Source: Calditrichaceae bacterium (GTDB taxonomy: Bacteria > Calditrichota > Calditrichia > Calditrichales > JBFXGD01). From it: a stretch of 27,409 nt of DNA. The translations under genes and the position numbers were made by a program. The notes below the pieces were generated by a model. That model ran no database searches. It had not been told where the DNA came from and saw only the letters and a program-made list of their open reading frames with translations. The stretch spans positions 1 through 27,409 of the forward strand of contig JBFXGD010000033.1 of assembly GCA_050178385.1 (NCBI GenBank). Direction: 5' to 3'. Positions within the stretch are counted from its first letter, which is position 1. Each line of letters opens with the position of its first letter. Positions 17,830 to 27,200 of the stretch are shown here, piece after piece.

Positions 17830-20800
17830 TTATTCTCCGGAATTGATGATTTTCTGAACTTCTTCTTCTGACAAACCTTCCAGTTCAGACAGTATGTTTT
17901 CCAGTTCTTCTTGATCTTCACCTAGAGATTGTGATTCTGTAATAACCCGCATCATACCATCGACTGTAGGATTTTCAAATACAGACCGTAATGGAATTTC
18001 CACATTAAAAGACTCACGTAATCGTGAAATGAATTGTGTTGCGAGCATGGAATGTCCACCCAGCTCGAAAAAATTGTCATAAACTCCTATTTTATCAATT
18101 TTTAACAATTGACCGGCTATTGCCGCTATCTTTTTCTCGGTCGGTGTCCGGGGTATTACAAATGCAGATTCCAGGTCCGGGCGCAGATTTTCCGGGACCG
18201 GAAGCGCGCCGCGGTCAATCTTACCGGCAGGTGATAAAGGAAACTGATCTACCCTTATAAAGGCCGACGGGATCATATAATCAGGCAGACGCTTATGAAT
18301 TGCGCCACGAAGTTCTGTGACCGGCAGGTCCTGATTTCTTTCTGTGATATAGTAGGCGATTAGTCTTTTAGTGCCTGGAGAGTCTTCTCTGGCGGTTACA
18401 ATGCTGCGGGATACGCCGCTACACTGATTGAGGGCGGCTTCAATTTCACCGAGTTCTATGCGAAATGCTCTTATTTTAACCTGATTATCCACGCGGCCTA
18501 AAAATTCGATATTTCCGTCAGATAGATATCTTGCAAGATCACCTGTTTTATAAAGAAGACTACCGTTCTCTTTGCCGAAAGGATTTTTGATAAATTTTTC
18601 AGCCGTCAGTTCATGCTGATTCAGGTAGCCCACGGCCAGAGCGCTGCCTCCGATATGCAATTCCCCGGGGATACCGACCGGTACAGGATAAAGATTACTA
18701 TCCAGGATATAAAATTCTCTGTTTGCCCTGGGTCGGCCAATAGAAATGTTGGTACCCCTGAAGTCCCGCGGGATTTCATAAGTTGATGCGGTTATCGTAG
18801 TTTCCGTGGGGCCGTATGCATTAAGCAGCCGTATATCGCTTAACGAAGTCTTTCGCCATAATTCTAAAGTATCGCCTGACATGCGGTCACCGCCGATAAT
18901 CACCAGCCGTAATCGGTTCTTTGGAAGCCATTCCGGATGGGAAGACCAGTCCAGCGCCAGCTGTTGCCAGTATGCTGTCGGCAGATTGATGACGCTTAGA
19001 TCAAATTTCTCGATCTTCTTATGAAAATCAATAGTCGGCCAGATTTCGTCATCTCTCAGGACAAGTCTTGCTCCGCTGATCAATGTTGGCAGAATCTGCT
19101 CCACCGACGCGTCAAAATTAAATGAAGCAAACTGGAGTATGTGGTCATCCGGCTTGATTTCATAATGGTCTATCATGTCACAGCAATGATTCGCTATGGC
19201 CTGATGAGATATAAGGACGCCTTTTGGAGTTCCGGTCGATCCTGATGTGTATATAATATATGCTGGCGGGTCGTTTGTCACTTTAATATCGGGATTCCCG
19301 TCGTTCTCCTGGCTTATTTCAGGCCAAAGTGTGTCGAGACAGATTAGCTCCGCGTTGGAAGACGGGAAATTTTTAGCGATTTGCTCCTGAGTCAGCACAA
19401 ATTTCGCCGCTGAGTCTTCAAGCATAAAACGAATTCTCTCTTCGGGATAGCCCGGATCGAGAGGAAGATAAGTGCCGCCGGCTTTTAAGATTCCCAATAT
19501 TCCGATGATCAATTCAGGAACGCGGTTGACTGATAAACCTACAAAAGTGCCGGGAAGTACATCGTTTCGTATCAGATAGCGCGCTAAACGGTTTGAACGT
19601 GTGTTCAGTTCTTCAAAACTCAGCTCTTTTTTATCCGCAACCAGCGCGACAGCGGAAGGGGATTTCTCAACCTGCTCTTCAAATAATTTATGAACAAATT
19701 TTCCGCAGTCATACCATGATTCCGGTTTGTTGAGAATGGTTGTAATATGCGTAAACTCTTCGCCGGTCAGCATGCGAAGATCGGATATCTTTGAAAGGGG
19801 ACTGATAATTATCGAGTCAATAAGAACTTTAAAATGACCGATAAGCCGTTCCATGGTGTCTCGGTTAAAAAGATCGGTATTATATTCCAGCTTTCCCTGC
19901 AGAATGTTTTCTGTTTCAGTCAGATTCATGATAATGTCAAATTTGGAAGTTCTGCTTTCTATATCAATCAATGAAATTTCCAGATCTGGCAGTGTTATGG
20001 CGTTCTCGGTGGTGTTGTTGTAAACAAACATTACCTGAAACAGAGGCGAATGATTCAGCGCTCGGTTTGGATTAACCGCCTCCACCATCATTTCAAACGG
20101 TAAATCCTGATTAGCATAAGCGTCAAGAATTGTTTTTTTCATTCTCTCAAGGAAAAATGAAAATGCCGGGTTCCCGGAAAGGTCACCGCGCATAACCAGC
20201 GTATTTACAAAAAAACCTATAAGTCCTGCAACTTCGGCCCGGTTTCTGTTCGCGATAGGTGAACCGACACAGATATCGTTTTGACCGGTATATCTGTGAA
20301 GCAGTACCTGAAACACCGAAAGGATGGTCATAAACATTGTGGCATCCTGTTTCAGACTGAAATCTTCAAGTTTTTGCACTTTTTCTTTTTCGATGTTGAA
20401 AATAATATGATCACCCCGGTATGTGCGCGAAGCCGGTCTGGGGCGGTCTGTTGGTATTTCAATTAATGGAGGAATGTCTTTTAGCTGATTTTTCCAGTAG
20501 GTGATTTGCTTGTCAAGCACGTTTCCCCTGAACCATTTTCGCTGCCAGATCGCGTAATCAGCATATTGAACGGGCAATTCCGGCAATGTTATAGATTTGT
20601 TCAGACAATAGGCCGGATATAATTCTTTGATTTCACTAATGATCACACCCATGGACCAGCCGTCGGAAACGATATGATGAATCGTTAAAACCACAATCGT
20701 TTCATCCTTGCTTAGATTTAGAAATGACGCGCGGATCAGCGGCGTGGTCTGGAGGTCAAAGGGTTTTTCCGTTTGGGATATAATGATCTCATTTAGTTGG

Positions 20801-21207
20801 GAATCGAGTTCTTGTTTATCGAGTCCGGACAGATCAACTTCGGGGATTTTAATATCCATTTCCGCTGAAATTACCTGAGCGGGCGATCCATCAATCGCGA
20901 TAAAGGCAGTTCTTAGAACAGAGTGCCTTTTTATAATCGTGTTTATGCTTTTGTTAAATGCCTCTTTGTTAAAATTTCCCTTAATTTTCACCGCTGCGGG
21001 AATACTGTACAAGGAATTTCCCGGTTCAAGCTGATCCAGAAACCAAAGTCTTTGCTGGGCGAATGAAACGGGGATATGGTTATCTTTCGGCTTTTGAGGC
21101 AATATGGCGATTTCTGAAAGATCGATTCCTTCATCAATCAGCATTAATTCGAAGAGTTCTCTTTTTTCCGGTGATAATGCGGAAATTTGGTCAAAGAGAC
21201 TGCTCAT
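17830..21207 (-). CDS. Single-module NRPS C-A-T (1125 aa); module 1, probably a basic amino acid (Arg/Lys)
   Basis: C motif HHIVSDGWS; A motifs YTSGSTGTPKG, NAYGPTE, YKTGDL, GKIDR; T motif FFELGGHSML; hand-read pocket DAENIGAITK; ATG start with upstream GAAGGAA. Confidence 0.96.
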   Translation of the reverse strand: MSSLFDQISALSPEKRELFELMLIDEGIDLSEIAILPQKPKDNHIPVSFAQQRLWFLDQLEPGNSLYSIPAAVKIKGNFNKEAFNKSINTIIKRHSVLRTAFIAIDGSPAQVISAEMDIKIPEVDLSGLDKQELDSQLNEIIISQTEKPFDLQTTPLIRASFLNLSKDETIVVLTIHHIVSDGWSMGVIISEIKELYPAYCLNKSITLPELPVQYADYAIWQRKWFRGNVLDKQITYWKNQLKDIPPLIEIPTDRPRPASRTYRGDHIIFNIEKEKVQKLEDFSLKQDATMFMTILSVFQVLLHRYTGQNDICVGSPIANRNRAEVAGLIGFFVNTLVMRGDLSGNPAFSFFLERMKKTILDAYANQDLPFEMMVEAVNPNRALNHSPLFQVMFVYNNTTENAITLPDLEISLIDIESRTSKFDIIMNLTETENILQGKLEYNTDLFNRDTMERLIGHFKVLIDSIIISPLSKISDLRMLTGEEFTHITTILNKPESWYDCGKFVHKLFEEQVEKSPSAVALVADKKELSFEELNTRSNRLARYLIRNDVLPGTFVGLSVNRVPELIIGILGILKAGGTYLPLDPGYPEERIRFMLEDSAAKFVLTQEQIAKNFPSSNAELICLDTLWPEISQENDGNPDIKVTNDPPAYIIYTSGSTGTPKGVLISHQAIANHCCDMIDHYEIKPDDHILQFASFNFDASVEQILPTLISGARLVLRDDEIWPTIDFHKKIEKFDLSVINLPTAYWQQLALDWSSHPEWLPKNRLRLVIIGGDRMSGDTLELWRKTSLSDIRLLNAYGPTETTITASTYEIPRDFRGTNISIGRPRANREFYILDSNLYPVPVGIPGELHIGGSALAVGYLNQHELTAEKFIKNPFGKENGSLLYKTGDLARYLSDGNIEFLGRVDNQVKIRAFRIELGEIEAALNQCSGVSRSIVTAREDSPGTKRLIAYYITERNQDLPVTELRGAIHKRLPDYMIPSAFIRVDQFPLSPAGKIDRGALPVPENLRPDLESAFVIPRTPTEKKIAAIAGQLLKIDKIGVYDNFFELGGHSMLATQFISRLRESFNVEIPLRSVFENPTVDGMMRVITESQSLGEDQEELENILSELEGLSEEEVQKIINSGE

Positions 21208-21212
21208 TCACA

Positions 21213-21220
21213 ATTCCTTC
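21213..21220 (-). promoter_or_regulatory. Probable ribosome-binding site GAAGGAAT for the 1125-aa NRPS
   Basis: Minus strand reads CAGGAAGGAATTGTGA-ATG; the same octamer precedes the next gene at the same spacing. Confidence 0.65.
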
Positions 21221-21246
21221 CTGATCTTTCATTAAAAGATTTAATA

Positions 21247-24200
21247 TCAATCATTTTTTCTTGCCTTCAGCATATCCGCAGCTTGCTGGTCAGAAATTTT
21301 TTCAATTTGAGCGAGTACGCTTGCCATTTTATCGATTTTATGTGTAGCCTTATTTTTTTCACGGTCAATTATTTCTGCAATCCCTGAAATGGTAGGGTCA
21401 GTGAATAAACTCTGAAAGGGTAATTCAACATGGAATTTTTCACGCACCTGCGCGATAAGCTGGGTTCCGAGAAGTGAGTTACCGCCCAGATCAAAAAAAT
21501 CATCGCGCACGCCGATGGGGTAGATGCCCAATAAATTTTGCCAGGAAGAGACGATCTGTTCTTCCAGTTCTGTTTTTGGCGGAATATAATTCGTTGGCAG
21601 TTCGGGTCTCGAATAGTTTAAATTCCCGGATTTTCGCTCAGATTTTTGAATCAATTTTGATTCGGGGACTTCGGCTGAAACGGCAATCCGGCTTATTCCA
21701 CGAAGAGCAAGAATTCTCATGATGGCGTCCGCAGCGATATCGCTATTTAGGCCGCTTCCTGATTTTGTCTCAGAGCTACGGATTAGCCGGCTGTCCCAGT
21801 TGACGCTTATCCATTGAGTTTGACCTTTACGGTTTTCAAGGCTGGAAAAATTGTCAATATAATGAGCCATCGCCGAATATGCCGCAAACCCGGATTTTAC
21901 ATTAAGAGTAGACAGGGATGAGTGTAAAATACAAAAATCTGACCCATTTTCTACTGTCAGTTTCGTGAGTTTTTTAAAGCTTGCATCCAGATTTTTGATA
22001 GGATTGGTTATGTTTTCAGGGTTGCCATTCGAAATAAAATCCAATAGCGCGGAATCAGAATCAATGTCCGCGAAGATGAATCCGCGAATCGGACCCATAC
22101 TTTTAATACCGGCGTCATAGTCTTTGAAATTGTATAGATTCCCGGTGAAAATTTTAACTCTGTTGACTCTTTTTTCAATTTTTCTGATCTGTCTGATATG
22201 CAGACTGATCTCATTTTTGCTGTCATGAGATTCCAGCCATAAATCCCAGTTTTCTTTGGCGGGAAAAGAATCTGTGAGTAAGATCAGCTTTATTTTCGCT
22301 GATTTACTAAGTTCTTCGGCAAGTAAAAGCGCCGATTTATCAAATCTCCCCGAGATCAAATAAGTTGCATCCTCGCGCAATAACAATTCTTTTTTATCCG
22401 GAACATCCAGCTGAATCGCATCATTATGCCTGGTCCAGCGGTGATGGCCCCGGTAAGCGATAAACCGGTCTGAATTTTGCCCGGAAAATTCGCTGAGAAT
22501 TTGCTCTGAATATTTTCGAGTGAATCCGTTACTGTATTCAACATGATCAAGATCAATCAGGCGAAGACTGATGCCCGGGTTATCTTCAGGTAAAGTAACA
22601 CTTAACCCGGCGAGAGCCGCTTGAGCGGCATCAATTATTTCAGAACCGGTGACGTCAAACATTCCCTGTGTAATGACTCCAATACGCGGTAATTCTGAAA
22701 AACCCATCGTTTTTAATACCCTTGACAGATAAACAAGGCCCTTGATGTGGTCATCTCCACTCAAAAACTCCTTGTTTTGCTTGTCTGATACAATCCCGGG
22801 ACGGCTCATGCTGTATAAAATGAAACCGGGATTGAGGTTATTGTCAGACAAATAATTGAACAGTTGCCGGTGATCATCTTCGAATGACAGGTTCATAAAA
22901 ATGGAGTTTTTATCAGCCACTTCAAAATTATTACCATCATGAACTGTGATAACGTTTGCGGTGTACTCACGGAGTTGATCAGTAAGTTGTTTTGTTAAAG
23001 GATCATGATGCCCGAAGATCAGACAAACGCTATCTTTAAATGCTGAAATCAGCCGGATTTTTCTGACCGGAAGATCGCTCTGTTTCCAAACGGGAATATA
23101 GAACCGGCCTGATGTATCGGTAAGACTTTTTCCATTGGAATCATTTGTGGCTGGTGATGCCTGTTGTTCGATCCAATAACGTTGTCTTTCGAATGGATAT
23201 GTGGGCAGTGATATCTTGTTTCTAAGCTCATTACGGTAAAACGCGCCCCAGTTGATTTCTTTTCCGGCCAGCCAGATTTGTCCGATGAGCCGGTAGATGG
23301 ATAAAGTCGTGGATTCTTCATTTTCGGCTTCGGTTATAATTGACAGCATCCTGTTTTTTAGTCCGGAAGGCCGCGTCTCTGGAAAATTAACGGCAAAACT
23401 GACGATATTTGGTTCCTGCGGTTGATCTGATAAAGATCTCAGGATATCGCTTGGTTGGACGGACTCTGTAAGCAGCTTGAGATAATATTCAGGATCTGTT
23501 GCCTTATCAGGTGTAATAAAATCTCCGCTGACAGAAGAAATATATCTGATTGAAGGTTTTTTTAAAGTGATGCTGGAGATAAAATCTTTGAGACTGCCTG
23601 ATAAATCTGACGGAATCTCATCCGCCACGTTCCTGACAATTGAAGTTTCAGCGTGTCTTATGACCAGATTCATGCTGTCTTCAAGAGCAATGACGCCGGC
23701 AAGATGGGCGCATAGATATTCACCGGAATCAGTTCCTGCCATCATCTCGGGCATGATGCCGAAGTCAATCAACAGACGCGCGAAAGCATACTGAGTGATA
23801 AATGATATTAGATAAGAAATTGATTCTTGTTCAAGTTTTACTTCAGATTTGCTCTGTATGTCAATTTTGTTAAACAGAAGATCCGAAATCGGTAAATCCG
23901 ATTTGTCCTTCAATAATTCACAGCAGTGATCCACATATTTTCTGAATTCGGGGATGTCTTCATATAATTTTTCTGACAATCCGCCGCCTGCAAATGTTCT
24001 TCCTTCAAATAAAAAGGCTATTCCCGTCTGAACCGGGATTCTTTTATGAGAGACGGTGGGGATATTTTCAGCGCCATTATTATTCAACGCATCCAGCAGT
24101 TCCTGATAGGTCCGATACACAATTATTCTTCGGTGATTAAAAGGTTTTCTTCCGGTGTTTAATGTATAATCAAAGTCGGACAAATTTGTATCCGGATATT

Positions 24201-27200
24201 TTATGAGGAATACAGCGAGATTAGACGAAATTTTATCAAGAGCTGTCATGCTTTTTGCTGAAAGAGTGAGCAGATGATATTTGTGTTCAGAAGGATCGGA
24301 TAATGTCTCCGGAGCTTTTTCAATAATAACGTGGGCATTGGTACCGCCGATACCGAAGGAACTAACCCCCGCAAGTCTTTTGGCATTATTCATGGGCCAT
24401 TGCCGGCCGCTGATGGTAAAAGTTATCGGGTTTTCACCTGATTTGATCTGTGGATTTAAATTGTTCAGATGAAGGTGTTTTGGAATATAACCGTTATTCA
24501 GAGCCAAAATTGTTTTAAGAAAACCTGAGATTCCCGAAGCGGCTTCAAGATGTCCGATATTTGTCTTAACCGATCCCACGATCAGGGGGTTGGATGAATC
24601 ACGTTCAACCGTCAACACCTTCTTTATCGCCTCTATCTCAATGGGATCGCCATAGGCGGTACCCGTAGAGTGAGACTCCAGATAATCAATATCATTTGGC
24701 AAAACTCCCGCGTCCTCGAGCGCGAGCTGCAGCACTTCCTGCTGGGCAAGACCTTTTGGAGCGGTGATACCGTTGCTCCGGCCATCCTGGTTAACCGCGG
24801 ATCCCCTGATTATGGCGTGAATTGGATCATGATCGCGAATGGCATCGGATAGCCTTTTTAATAAAACAACCCCGCATCCTTCACCCCGCACATATCCGTC
24901 AGCGCTTTCATCAAATGACCTGCAGCGGCCCGACGCGGAGAGCATTCGCGCTTGTGATAAGGTGACGGATACTTCGGGAGAGAGGATGAGATTGACACCT
25001 CCCGCAATGAACATACCTGAATCGCCTTGTCTCAGGTTCCTGCAGGCATTGTGGATGGCCGTCAGAGAAGATGAGCAGGCCGTATCAACAGAGAGGCTGG
25101 GGCCTCTAAGGTCAAATGTATATGAGATACGATTGGCTGCGAGACTCAGAGCGTTTCCCGTACCCGAATAACTGCTGATGTCGTTAAGATTTTTGTTGTT
25201 AAGCCTTGAATAGTCGTTGGTGCTTATGCCGATATAAACACCTGTATTGCTTCCGGCAATTAAATCAGCGTTTATACCCGCGGATTCAAAGGCTTCCCAT
25301 GTGGTTTCAAGCAACAACCTTTGCTGTGGGTCCATATGAATGGCTTCTTTAGGAGATATCCCAAAAAAATGCGCGTCAAACTGATCTACTCCGCTGATAA
25401 ATCCGCCATATTTTGTGATCATTTTTCCCGGTGTGCCGGGATTCGGATCATAATAATCATCAGCCGGCCAACGGTCTGCCGGAATTTCGGTAATGGCATC
25501 AATCCCTTCTTTAAGAATTTTCCAGAATTCTTCAGGATTATTCGCGCCCGGCATTCTTAAACCATAACCGATCACAGCGATGGGTTCATTTTTTATCTCT
25601 GCCGGCTTTTTCTTTCGATGGAGGAAAATCGGGATTTCACCTTCACTGGCGAGATAGGCGGCTAGCGATCCAATATCGGGGTAATCCCAGATCAGTGTAG
25701 GGGAGAGGGAGCGTTTTAACCATACTTCAAGATCGCCCACCAGACCGACCGCCTGAGCGGAATCCAGACCGTAACCGGCAAAAGGTTTTGACGGATCGAT
25801 TTCCGCGGTATTTATCTCCAACGCTTCGGCCAGACGCGTCGTAAGCCATTCTTCTATCCGGAGGGCATTTTCACTTTTTTGCAAAGAGTGACCGGAAGCA
25901 TGTTCTATATCCCGAATATCTTCGGCATTTTTGTGTGGTTCGGTTTCAACAGATTTTGTGACGAGCTTTAAAAGCCCGTTTTCATATTCATTTTTGCAGG
26001 CGTGTCTCTGTATTTTACCGCTTGATGTTTTTGGAATGGTTCTTGGTTTGATGAGCGCGATTGAATGCGTCTGAATGTCAAAAGTCTCATTAATGATCAG
26101 ACGAATGGCATCGGTAATTTGTTTGACGTTTATATTTTTTGTGTGACGAACTTCAACCACAACAATAAGGCGCTCGGAACTGTCCACATCGATTGAAAAA
26201 GCAGCGGAACATCCGGGTCGGATCTCGGGATGGCTGTTTTCTATAAGATATTCAATATCCTGCGGATAATAGTTTCTCCCCCTGATAATGATCAGATCCT
26301 TAACTCTGCCTGTTACATATAAATTGCCCTTATCGAGAAAACCAAGATCTCCTGTTCTTAGAAACGGGCCTTCTCCCGAACCGGAGATATGGGCATGGAA
26401 CGTTTTTTCTGTCTCTTCAGAGCGATTCCAGTATCCCTGCGCCACATTCACGCCTTTTATCCAGATTTCACCGATCTGCATATCACCGCATACATCAAAT
26501 GATTCGGGATTGACAATCGCGATTTTTTGACCGGAAGGTGTCATGCCGCAGCTGACCAGGGGCATAGCATCCGGTGATTCTTTCTCTGTCAGAATTACTT
26601 TGTTTGCGCCCAGGCCATTTTTATCAAGAATGGTGACGACAGGTTCAGTTTTAAACGCGTTACCGGTTACGAAGAGGGTTGCCTCTGCAAGCCCATAACA
26701 GGGAAGAAAGCTGTCTTTTCTGAATCCCGCGATTTTAAATGTCTCTGTAAAACGTTCAATCGTTTGCTGCCGGACCGGCTCAGCGCCCGTAAACGCGACA
26801 TCCCAATGGCTAAGATCCAGCCCCATCAATTGTTCGGGAGTTATTTTTTTGACACATAAATCATACGCGAAATTCGGCCCGCCGCTAATGATTGATTTAT
26901 CTTTAATCTTTGAAATCGCCTGCAGCCAGCGAATGGGCTGTTGAAGAAAATGTATGGGCGAAATCAATGTGACGGGCGCATTGCCGAAGAGCGGTTGAAG
27001 AATACCTCCTATCAGACCCATGTCATGATAAATAGGCAGCCAGATGACTCCATGTGAATTTTTTGAATAACCAAAGCCCTCATAAATCTGGGCGGAATTG
27101 TCAAGAAGATTTTTATGAGACAGCATGACCCCTTTTGGGATGCCTGTAGATCCGGAAGTGTATTGCAGAAATGCCAGAGTGTCTTCTGAAATCCCGGGAT

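Noticed and set aside
17821..17832. Perfect 12-bp palindrome TAAATCGATTTA overlapping the stop of the 1125-aa gene
   Set aside because: It is AT-rich and short, has no loop or GC stem, and I saw no second copy. It is compatible with chance and not supportable as an operator or terminator.
1..21207. Recurring DNA similarity (for example around YTSGSTG, AEKFIPDPF and FFELGG codons) as repeats or a CRISPR-like array
   Set aside because: These are conserved NRPS core motifs at module spacing with synonymous divergence, not non-coding repeats.
21224..21240. Short inverted repeat ATCTTT-N5-AAAGAT between genes 1 and 2
   Set aside because: A six-bp AT-rich stem is too weak for an intrinsic terminator, and the gap is operon-like.
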